Shown here piece after piece: positions 49,294 through 57,836 of a stretch of DNA of 64,000 bases. Source of the stretch: Longimicrobiales bacterium (lineage in GTDB: Bacteria > Gemmatimonadota > Gemmatimonadetes > Longimicrobiales > Gaopeijiaceae); assembly GCA_965249725.1 (NCBI GenBank), contig CBDFMQ010000002.1:96001-160000 (forward strand). The letters run 5' to 3'. A program made the position numbers and the translations under genes. Each line of letters starts with the position of its first letter. Positions within the stretch are counted from its first letter, which is position 1. Below the pieces are notes generated by a model. That model saw only the letters and a list, made by a program, of their open reading frames with translations. It did not search any database and was not told the DNA's origin.

Positions 49294-49704
49294 CTAGTTC
49301 GCCGGGTCGATTACTACCAGTCCCTCGAAGTAGTCCCGGTAGAACCCGTGATCCCGTGTGAGTAGCCGATCCGCGTGTGCCTGGGCATGCGCTCCCACCA
49401 GGAAGTCCGCGGCGATGCGGCGAGACTCTCCCCGTCGCCCTCGGTACTTCTGCCAAAATCCGGCTGCGAGCAGGGCTGCGGCTCGGCTGGTTGGAACGAA
49501 CCTGACTCCAAGAATGTCTAGAGCCCGCTCTGCGGCGGCGGGATCGGGTTCGAATAGTGTGGCGACCTCGGTCCAAACCACGGGGCTCGCCACAAGACTG
49601 CCTTCCGCAAGGCACGTGCGGATCATCTCACGCGATGCCTCACCATACTCGCGGTCTGCCACAAAGAGGTCCACGAGCACGTTTGTGTCTACCGCGGTGA
49701 TCAC
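49294..49704 (-). CDS. vapC: VapC-type PIN-domain toxin
   Basis: AVDTNVL, E, ADFLVGAHA, LLTRD; GTGA overlap with the antitoxin. Confidence 0.9.
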   Translation of the reverse strand: MITAVDTNVLVDLFVADREYGEASREMIRTCLAEGSLVASPVVWTEVATLFEPDPAAAERALDILGVRFVPTSRAAALLAAGFWQKYRGRRGESRRIAADFLVGAHAQAHADRLLTRDHGFYRDYFEGLVVIDPAN

Positions 49705-49931
49705 TCGAGCCGCTCTCCACCCCGGAGCGAAGCCATGAGGTCTTCGGTTGAGCACTCATTGGGGAGGATGCCGAAGACCGCGTCCACGGGACTCCTTGGA
49801 ACGAACTTGCGAACCTCGAGACGACCTTCTCGCTCCTCGAACTCCACCATTTGACCCGGCCGAATGCCCAAGCGATCCCGGAGTTTCTTGGGAATCGTTA
49901 TCTGACCACGGTCGCCGACTTTGGATTTCAT
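49701..49931 (-). CDS. vapB: AbrB/MazE-type antitoxin
   Basis: KVGDRGQITIPKKLRDRLGIRPG AbrB motif; upstream of and coupled to the PIN gene. Confidence 0.88.
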   Translation of the reverse strand: MKSKVGDRGQITIPKKLRDRLGIRPGQMVEFEEREGRLEVRKFVPRSPVDAVFGILPNECSTEDLMASLRGGERLE

Positions 49932-49950
49932 ATCAACAAGATATGAAATC
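49924..49950. promoter_or_regulatory. Inverted-repeat operator of the vapBC operon
   Basis: Perfect 11-bp IR GATTTCATATC-AACAA-GATATGAAATC overlapping the antitoxin ATG. Confidence 0.75.
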
Positions 49951-50039
49951 ATATGACGATTATCAAACTCATCTCCTCTCTTCGGCTTGGCCTAACTCTC
50001 GGGGGGGTGATGGGGCGATCAAATGCCTGGTTGCGCCAC

Positions 50040-50509
50040 TGACTGGCACAACCCACCCTACCTCCAATGAAATCCTTCTTCCCCATGAGACGGGGCGAGG
50101 TGGCGACTCTGCTCTCCCTCGTCTTGTTCGCTGCCTTCTCGTTCATCCCGGCCTGGCGAACCATCGAGCTGGGCGGCATGGCCGTATTCGGTTGGCTCAT
50201 GGCCGCTCTGATGGTGGTTTCTCCGGCGATTGCACTGTTTACCTTTCTGCGCGGGAGCGGTGGCACGTCGGGTGACTGGCACAACCCACCCTACCTCCAA
50301 TGAAATCCTTCTTCCCCATGAGACGGGGCGAGGTGGCGACTCTGCTCTCCCTCGTCTTGTTCGCTGCCTTCTCGTTCATCCCGGCCTGGCGAACCATCGA
50401 GCTGGGCGGCATGGCCGTATTCGGTTGGCTCATGGCCGCTCTGATGGTGGTTTCTCCGGCGATTGCACTGTTTACCTTTCTGCGCGGGAGCGGTGGCACG
50501 TCGGGTGAC
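50040..50509. repeat. 233-bp tandem duplication bounded by TGAC microhomology
   Basis: 50040-50272 repeats as 50273-50505 (no differences seen by eye); TGAC at 50040, 50273 and 50506. Confidence 0.95.
50067..50303 (+). CDS. Small two-TM protein, duplicated copy with chimeric tail
   Basis: Same first 70 aa as 50300..50584; stop overlaps the next ATG (ATGA). Confidence 0.6.
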   Translation: MKSFFPMRRGEVATLLSLVLFAAFSFIPAWRTIELGGMAVFGWLMAALMVVSPAIALFTFLRGSGGTSGDWHNPPYLQ

Positions 50510-50584
50510 GCCGCTCGGGCCGCGGATTTGGCCGATCACGCCGGGTCGGCCGAAGGTGAGACGTCCGGCAGGAGCACCCCCTGA
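50300..50584 (+). CDS. Small two-TM accessory protein of the solute:sodium symporter
   Basis: Two TMs with GMAVFGW; TGATG overlap with the SSS gene, a common arrangement. Confidence 0.7.
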   Translation: MKSFFPMRRGEVATLLSLVLFAAFSFIPAWRTIELGGMAVFGWLMAALMVVSPAIALFTFLRGSGGTSGDAARAADLADHAGSAEGETSGRSTP

Positions 50585-52011
50585 TGCTCCTCGAACGCAT
50601 CCTGGTCGGCATCTATCTGTTCGGCTGCGTCGGCATCGGCATCGTGGCCTCGAAAAAGGTCATGGGCTCCCGCGACGAGTACTGGGTCGCAGGCCGGCGC
50701 ATAGGAACCGTGGTCAACTCGATGGCGATCATGGCGGCCTTGGCGAGCGGCGGCTCGATCATCGGGGTCATGGGACTCGCCTACTCCCAGGGCATTCCCG
50801 CAACCCTCGCCCTCTTCGCGGGGGCTGTCCTCGGCTTTCCCCTGGCTTCGATCCTGGTGGCGAAGCCGCTCCGGAACTTCGGCAAGTACACGATCACCGA
50901 TTTCCTGAGCTATCGGTATCCGCACGCCATCGTCCGTTACCTAGTGCCGATCCTCATCGTGATCGCCTTCACGATCTACATCGTGGCTCAGCTCAAGGCC
51001 GCGGGCATCACGTCCGAGGCCCTGCTGGGAATCCCCTACGACGTCTCACTGACGTTGGCCACGGTGGTGTTCATCATTTACGTGTCCTTCGGAGGGATGA
51101 TCGCCATCACCTGGACGGATGTGATCCAAGGGATGCTCATGGTGATCGTGGTGGTCGGTACGGCGCTGGTTCTCATCTGGAGGGTGGGGTCACCCTTCGA
51201 GATCATGAGCCAGGCGACGGCCGTCGCGCCCGAACTGGGGGAGGTGGTGCACCGACCGGTATCGAGCTACCTCGGCTAATTCCTGATCTGGGCCACGGCC
51301 ATCCCGGTCATCCCCCATATCGTCATGCGGGTCTACACGGCGAAGGATGCCGAGAGCGCCCGTCTGTCGCTGAACCTGGCCATGCTGGTCTACAGCGTCG
51401 TGATCCTGGCTGCGGTGTTGGCGATCGTGCCCGTCGGCAGGATCGACTTTCCGGGGCTACAGGACGCCGATCAGCTCTTCCTGCGCGTCATGGAGACCCA
51501 GTTTCCGCCCTTGATCCGCGGGATCGCGGTTGCCGCCGTGCTGGCCGCGGTCATGTCGACCACGGACGCGCTGTTGTTGGCGTGTAGTTCGGCCATCGCG
51601 CACGACATCTTGGGTGGATTCCTGCGTGAACGGGCCAGTGAGCGGACGCTGAGCTTCGTCCGGATCGGCTCCACCTGGGTCATCGGCATTGTGGCGTTGT
51701 TCTGGGCGTTCTCGCCTCCCGAGCTCATCAGCCAGTTCTATACGGCGGGTGTCGGCGTGCTCAGCTCGAGCCTGTTCGTGCCGACCGTCGCAGGGCTCTG
51801 GTGGAAGAAGGCCAACCTGGTCGGTGGGGTGGGTGCGGTGGTGTGCGGCGCGGGGGTCTACGTGCTGGTCCAGCTGGGTGTCATCGACATCGGGTTGGCT
51901 CCCGTGGTGGTCGCGTTGTTTGCCAGTGCCGCCGCGATGTTGTTGGGGGGGCTGTTCGGCCCGTCAGAGGCCCCTGAGATGATCGATCAGATCGAGGCGC
52001 TGCACCGGTAG
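50584..52011 (+). pseudogene. Sodium:solute symporter interrupted by in-frame TAA at 51277-51279
   Basis: YWVAGR, YTITDFL..RY, GGMIAITWTD, PHIVMRVY, AAVMST; both halves in one frame (YLG*FLIW). Confidence 0.88.
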
Positions 52012-52212
52012 ATCCCGCGTCGCGGAGGCCCGATGCGCCTATCGAGACATGAGGTCGCCCCCGCGTTTCCGCGGAAACGTGCCCCGCGCTGGAGGGCGGA
52101 GTCACGCCGCCCCCACGCCCTCCCCTTGCTCCGGACATCGGCCTGCGCGCACGTTGACGGGCCGCCAACGCCCCACTTCCACAGAACCGATGCACTCGGT
52201 TGGGAGGCTCTG

Positions 52213-54129
52213 ATGCGACGAGCACTTAGGATGGCCCTCGTTCCCCTTCTTGCCTCGGCCTGCACTGAACCCGCCCAAGCTCCCCTGGACGCTCGAGCTC
52301 CAGGAGACTTCACGCTCGAAGAGTTCGTCTCTCTGAGTTCGCTGGTGGATGGTGGCGTTCCGGATTGGTCCCCGGACGGCTCGCAGATCCTCTTCCTGGG
52401 ACGCGGCACACTCTGGACCGTCGGCGCGGAGGGGGGGACCCCACAAGCGCTCCCCGCCGAGGGCGTGACCGACCCCCGATACTCGCCGGACGGGGCGTGG
52501 ATCGGCTACGTGTCGAGCGCCTCGGGGAACGGACAGGAGGTCTGGTTGTGGTCCTTGGCCGAACAGCGAGCCGTGCAACTCACCGACATGGGTGCCCGCA
52601 CGCTCGCTTGGAGTTGGTCGCCGGACGGCCGGCAGATCGCCTTTTCGAACTCGCTACGCGGCAACTACGACATCTATACGGCCTCGGTCCCCGACGGGCA
52701 CATCAAGCGCCTCACCACGGATACCCGCTTCGACGTACAACCCACGTGGACTCCGGACGGATCGTCCATCGTGTACGTACGCATGGACCAGTGGTGGGTC
52801 GACCACGACGTGATCTCCATCGATGCGGCGACGGGCTCGGGCGAGCGGGTGATCGTGAGCGACCGAGACTGGATGGATTATCGCACCGGCCAGGAGTTCG
52901 GGCCCGGCCAGGTGTCGCCCCGGGGCGACCTGGTCCTCTTCCGCTCCTACCGGAACGGCTGGATAAATTGGTGGGTGGCTCCCATGGCTGGCGGTGAGCC
53001 TAGACCGGTCGCGGCGGAGCAGGCCGACCAGAACTCCCAAAAGCCCTTCCGCGGCTACGCACGGTGGTCACCCGACGGCGGGTCGGTCGCGTACACATCG
53101 AACCTACGGGGCAATCAGGTGCTGCGGGTCGCATCGGTCGACGACGGCACCGTGACGACGCTCTTTGCGCCGGAGATGGGCCTCGTCGCCAACCCGGCCT
53201 GGTCTCCGGACGGGAGCCGAATCGCGTTCACCTACGACACGCCCCGCCATATCCCCGAGTTATTCGTCGTCGACGTCGCGAGCACCGAGGCTAGCACCGA
53301 GATGGTGCGCCTGACCCACTCCATGCCTGATCCGTCGCTGTCGGACGCGTTGTTCATTCCGGAGAGGGTGAGCTACATGAACGACGGGCTCACGATGCAC
53401 TCCTACCTGTTCCGCCCGCCCGGGCCGCCACCAACGGGTGGGTATCCGGCCATCGTGTGGGTGCACGGAGGCCCCTCGTCGCAGTTCGAGGACGGCTGGC
53501 GACGCCACTCCGACGCTCACTACTTCATCAAGCACGGCTACGCGGTGTTGGCCCCGAACATCCGCGGGAGTTCGGGCTTCGGCTGGGAGCACGAGCAGGC
53601 CAACAACGGCTGTTGGGCACGCTGTGACCTGGATGATGTCGTGGCCGGCGCGAGGTACCTCGGGACGCTGCCGGATATCGACGGAGATCGGATCGCAGTC
53701 ACCGGCGTGAGCTACGGAGCCTACCTGAGTTTCGCGGCCAGCACCTTCGCTCCCGATGTGTTCCGGGCCGCGATCCCGCTGCGCGAGGGATACGCCAACC
53801 GGATTCGACTCGTCGAGAGTGAGTCCGCTCTGGCGAATATCAACATGTATCAGTACGAACTCGGGTTGCTCACTGAGAACCGTGAGACCTTCCGGCGTGC
53901 CTCACCGACCCTGTACGCACAGGACGTCGGAACGCCCATGCTGATCATCGCCGGTGAGCGGGATAAACAGATGCAGGCGTTCGCGACTGAGGCGGCCCGT
54001 TACTACAAGCCGGTTACGTACGAGATGTACGAGAACACGGCGGGGGCTGAGGCTCGTCTCCAGTGGATGCCGAGGATGCTGGCCTTCCTTGATCGCCATG
54101 TGAAGGGGGATGTGGATCTATGGCCGTGA
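52213..54129 (+). CDS. S9 family peptidase-like lipoprotein with TolB-like propeller
   Basis: GGAGG RBS, LASAC lipobox, WSPDG repeats, VHGGP, PNIRGSSGFG, GVSYG. Confidence 0.88.
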   Translation: MRRALRMALVPLLASACTEPAQAPLDARAPGDFTLEEFVSLSSLVDGGVPDWSPDGSQILFLGRGTLWTVGAEGGTPQALPAEGVTDPRYSPDGAWIGYVSSASGNGQEVWLWSLAEQRAVQLTDMGARTLAWSWSPDGRQIAFSNSLRGNYDIYTASVPDGHIKRLTTDTRFDVQPTWTPDGSSIVYVRMDQWWVDHDVISIDAATGSGERVIVSDRDWMDYRTGQEFGPGQVSPRGDLVLFRSYRNGWINWWVAPMAGGEPRPVAAEQADQNSQKPFRGYARWSPDGGSVAYTSNLRGNQVLRVASVDDGTVTTLFAPEMGLVANPAWSPDGSRIAFTYDTPRHIPELFVVDVASTEASTEMVRLTHSMPDPSLSDALFIPERVSYMNDGLTMHSYLFRPPGPPPTGGYPAIVWVHGGPSSQFEDGWRRHSDAHYFIKHGYAVLAPNIRGSSGFGWEHEQANNGCWARCDLDDVVAGARYLGTLPDIDGDRIAVTGVSYGAYLSFAASTFAPDVFRAAIPLREGYANRIRLVESESALANINMYQYELGLLTENRETFRRASPTLYAQDVGTPMLIIAGERDKQMQAFATEAARYYKPVTYEMYENTAGAEARLQWMPRMLAFLDRHVKGDVDLWP

Positions 54130-54201
54130 CGGACGGGCTCCGTTTGCCTAATCTTCCTGGATCAGCATCCAATCACTCAAAATCAAACCGGGTAGACCAC
54201 C

Positions 54202-54393
54202 ATGGCAGCGTATACCTGCGACAATTGCGGCATGAGCGTCAACATGACCTGCGGAGAGTGCGGGGCGGACCTCGTCCACGACACACTCATCAAGGATGAC
54301 GGCGGCCGGGTCGACATCTCCAAGTGCCCCAACGGTCATGGGAAGATCAAGTCGCCCATGTGTTGTGCCGAAGACATGACCTGCTCGATCTAG
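54202..54393 (+). CDS. Small Cys-rich (zinc-ribbon-like) protein
   Basis: 63 aa with CxxC x2, CPNGH, CC, C; codon usage fits the genome. Confidence 0.75.
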   Translation: MAAYTCDNCGMSVNMTCGECGADLVHDTLIKDDGGRVDISKCPNGHGKIKSPMCCAEDMTCSI

Positions 54394-54473
54394 AGACCAG
54401 TTGAACCCATACAGGTCTCCGGGCCGGTAGAGACGGCACCGCCCGACGGCACTTCGGTGCCACGGGCGGCGTC

Positions 54474-55955
54474 TCAACCCCCTCCGGAGAGAGCAGCCTC
54501 CAACTCGGCCAAAGCCACGGGCCAGCGCGGGTGGCGCGCCTCTCTTATTCTCGCCAGCGGACCGACCACTACGGTCACCAGGGTCTCCGGGTCGAGGTAG
54601 CGCTGCGCCACGGCTTTCACGTCATCGCCGGTGACAGCCCGTACGGCTCTCGGCCATCCCATCAACTGATCGGTATCCCCGCGACGTACATGCTCCGTCG
54701 CATAGGCATCGCTAGCTCCCGTCGCCAGTCCCAACGACGGTCGCCAGACCGCGTGCACGAGCCAGCCCTGCGCCCGAGCCACCTCGACGTCCGTCACAGG
54801 CTCCCCGGCATCGTACAGGCGCTGAAGCTCATCCAAGCTGAAGCGGACCAGGGGCGCAACGGCTTCGGGCCGTCCGCCGGTGCGGACGGTTACCAGGCCA
54901 GTTCCCGATCCGGTGACCGGGATCTCGAAGTCGTCCCGGTTGGCCAGGCCACGCATCTCACGGGCCGCGATGTTGAGCCGCTCGGCGAGAATGAACCTCA
55001 GGACCGCGAGGGTCGCCCGGTCTGCACCAGGAACGGAGCCGATCGCGTTGCCGATGGCGATCCAGCCCTCCAGGCTCGGAGCGTCCACGACGTGGATCCG
55101 ACCCGGATTCGGCGCCGGTTCGATCGTCCCGGGGGCCGGCAGAGGTTCACTCCCCATGGCCCACCCGAGGGTCAGAGACTCGACGGCCTCCTCGACACCC
55201 TCTCGCGGGGCAGCGCCACCCACACCCAGCACGACCTGGTCGGCCCTCAGCGTGCGAGCAGCAAGCGCCCGGATCGCACCGAGCGACACTGCGGTTCCGG
55301 GATCGGGCGGAGCCAACGGATAACCCGCTACCCGACGTTCTAGCTCGACCTTGGGTCGGAAACCGTCACCTCCGGTGCCGGCCATCGGCATCGAGTACCC
55401 GGAGCCCGCCCGGTACTGCCGGACCGTGGCGGCGTCGATCTCCGGATCCCGTACCAGTCCGACCAACTGCGCGAGCCCCGCCCGCCAATCCTCCGGGAGC
55501 ACGTCGAGCGAGAGCCTCGCAACGTCCAGCGTTTCTTCGGCAGCCAACGTCGCACCGAGTTCCGCGAGCTGAAGAGAGAGAGGTCGAGTCGCTCCAGCCG
55601 CGCCCCGTGTCGTAAGGAGTCGGACCAGTAGCGCCGATGCTCCGGCCTCGCCCTCGACTTCCCGCAGTCGACCGAGCGGAAGCGCCGCCGTCAGCCGCAC
55701 GAGTGGATCCGACGCGTCGGTTACGATGTAGGCCTGAACCCCGCTGGAAGCCACAAACAGAGCACCTCGGGGATCCGGCGGCGTGAAACCGATGGGGCCC
55801 ATCTCCAGGTCATCGGGAGCGGCCCAATCGTGCTCGAGGATCGGGCGGGAGTGGCCGGGCAGGGCCTCTCCGTCTCCGCCGCCGCATCCTACTGCAACCA
55901 GCAGGGCCAGCGCCGCCATGGACAAGCCCGTGGCACGCCCCACGCCGGCCCTCAT
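54474..55955 (-). CDS. M16 peptidase family, non-catalytic subunit (lipoprotein)
   Basis: AVGC lipobox; M16-like C-terminus (REMRGLA, VTGDDVKAVAQRYL..VVVG); no HxxEH; ATGA-coupled to the upstream subunit. Confidence 0.8.
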   Translation of the reverse strand: MRAGVGRATGLSMAALALLVAVGCGGGDGEALPGHSRPILEHDWAAPDDLEMGPIGFTPPDPRGALFVASSGVQAYIVTDASDPLVRLTAALPLGRLREVEGEAGASALLVRLLTTRGAAGATRPLSLQLAELGATLAAEETLDVARLSLDVLPEDWRAGLAQLVGLVRDPEIDAATVRQYRAGSGYSMPMAGTGGDGFRPKVELERRVAGYPLAPPDPGTAVSLGAIRALAARTLRADQVVLGVGGAAPREGVEEAVESLTLGWAMGSEPLPAPGTIEPAPNPGRIHVVDAPSLEGWIAIGNAIGSVPGADRATLAVLRFILAERLNIAAREMRGLANRDDFEIPVTGSGTGLVTVRTGGRPEAVAPLVRFSLDELQRLYDAGEPVTDVEVARAQGWLVHAVWRPSLGLATGASDAYATEHVRRGDTDQLMGWPRAVRAVTGDDVKAVAQRYLDPETLVTVVVGPLARIREARHPRWPVALAELEAALSGGG

Positions 55956-57604
55956 CGTCCGTCTCCCGGCAGGTCTGCCCACAGGAAGTCGAGCCAGCTG
56001 GGCCCGCTCCCTTCCGGGGGCTCGGCCCGCGCGACGGCGATTACGCGGTTGGACGGGACGAAGTAGGTCTGCGCCACTCGTTGAACATCCTCAGCCGTCG
56101 CGGCATCACGCGCCTCGACCAACGCGGGCAGGACGCTCCAGTGGTTCATCGTATGGTGGTGCCCGATCAGGAACGCCAACTCCTGGGGATTCGAGAGGAA
56201 CTCCGCCCACTCGACCCGTAGCCGCTTATGGGCCCGATCGAGCGCGCCGGAGTCGATCCGACCGGCACGCAGGTCGTCCAGGGCGGCCAGGAGCCCGCGC
56301 TCCACGTCGGCGAGATTCCTATCGGCCCCGGTCCGTGCCACCAGGTTGAAGGCGCCCGGCGAACCGAAACGGTACGTGTGGATCACCCGGAAGTCCGCCG
56401 ATACCGAAGCAGACGTGCCACTCGCAGCGAGCCGCTGTCCCGCGACGCCGTGGGGACCGCTGAGCAGAGCGGCGATCAGGTCGAAGACAGGGCGATCCGG
56501 GTGCCCCATCCCGGGAATGCGGTATCGGACGTGCACCTGGGGCGAGAGCGGCTCGGTCCAGTCGAGACGCACCGACCCACCCGGCACGGGTTCCGCCTCG
56601 ATATCCAGGTCGGCGGGTGGCTCAGGGCCTCGGGGCAGGGCGCCGAAGTAGCGCTCCGCGAGGGGCACGGCCTCCGCCATCGTCACGTCCCCGACGAGCA
56701 CCAGCGTCAGGTTGTTGGGCACGAAGTAGTCGTCGTAGATCTTCTGGTGCGCTGCCCGAGTGAAGTTCCCGAAGTCCCTGATGTGCCCGCCGTCAGGTCG
56801 GTAGATGGGGTGCGCCTGGGCCGTGACGCCGTCGATGGCCTCATTGAAGCGCGTCTGGGGCCGGCTCTGCCCTCCGAGAATCTGCTCGAGCACGGTGAAG
56901 CGTTGAGCCTCCCATCCCCTGAGAATGGCGTTGGCCATGCGGTCCGCTTCGATCCTGAAGAAGAGCTCCAGATTCTCCCGCGGGAGCGCCATGTTGATCT
57001 CCATGTAATCCTGCTCGGTACTGGCCGGCACCGGATCCGTGTGGCGGGCGTAGCCCCCCTGACCCATATAAGCGTTGTAGGAAGCCCAGAAGTCGCGATA
57101 CTCGTTGTCCTGATCTTCCAGCGCGTAGAGCCGCTCCCTGAGCGCCTTCATCTCGGCCGTCTCGGGCCAGGCCATCTCATCGATGAAGACGCCGCGTTCA
57201 CGGAGCTCATTGCGTTCGCGGTTTCTGACGGCGATGAGCTCCTGCTCCGTTTCGTGGATCTCCTGCAGGATGGGCAGTTCGGCGGCGAAGTCGCTCGTTC
57301 CGATCGTCGTGGTCCCTTGATGAATGACATGCTCGAGAAAGTGCGTCATCCCGTGCAGGCCGACCGGCTCCTGCATCGATCCGATCCGGATCCACAGATT
57401 CGCGGCAACGCGCGGCATGCGGTGGTCTTCCAGAACGAGGAGCGTGAACCCGTTCTCGAGCTCGTGCTCCTGGATCTCGAAAGGCGCTGATGCGGACTGA
57501 AACGCATCGGGCGGAGTGTCGGCGTCCACACGAGGTGCCGTAGCGGCGTCTGAGGACAGCAACGTGGCCGACGCGAGGAGGGTGACAACAAGCAGGGTTC
57601 TCAT
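55952..57604 (-). CDS. M16 (insulinase) family peptidase
   Basis: LENG, G.THFLEH, EADRM, YFVPNNLTLVLVGD. Confidence 0.88.
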   Translation of the reverse strand: MRTLLVVTLLASATLLSSDAATAPRVDADTPPDAFQSASAPFEIQEHELENGFTLLVLEDHRMPRVAANLWIRIGSMQEPVGLHGMTHFLEHVIHQGTTTIGTSDFAAELPILQEIHETEQELIAVRNRERNELRERGVFIDEMAWPETAEMKALRERLYALEDQDNEYRDFWASYNAYMGQGGYARHTDPVPASTEQDYMEINMALPRENLELFFRIEADRMANAILRGWEAQRFTVLEQILGGQSRPQTRFNEAIDGVTAQAHPIYRPDGGHIRDFGNFTRAAHQKIYDDYFVPNNLTLVLVGDVTMAEAVPLAERYFGALPRGPEPPADLDIEAEPVPGGSVRLDWTEPLSPQVHVRYRIPGMGHPDRPVFDLIAALLSGPHGVAGQRLAASGTSASVSADFRVIHTYRFGSPGAFNLVARTGADRNLADVERGLLAALDDLRAGRIDSGALDRAHKRLRVEWAEFLSNPQELAFLIGHHHTMNHWSVLPALVEARDAATAEDVQRVAQTYFVPSNRVIAVARAEPPEGSGPSWLDFLWADLPGDGR

Positions 57605-57836
57605 CTCTCGAATCCTGATTTGCGGTGGTGATCGGTTCAGCGGATGGGCACCTACAATGGGACTTGGGCCGGGTCCGGGCCAGGCGAAGACACCTTATCC
57701 GCGAGACCGCACTCCTTGCTGGCTCTGGTCCGGGTCGGCATGGTAAGGCTCGAAACGAAGTGCGGATCCACCCGACAGGCTATTGGGTCGGAGGGAACGC
57801 CTACTGTGAACCCCTGGCTATGGCGAACGTCTGCAC

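Noticed and set aside
51277..51279. Sec/Pyl recoding in the symporter
   Set aside because: The codon is TAA, not TGA or TAG, and it is not at a catalytic Cys-like position.
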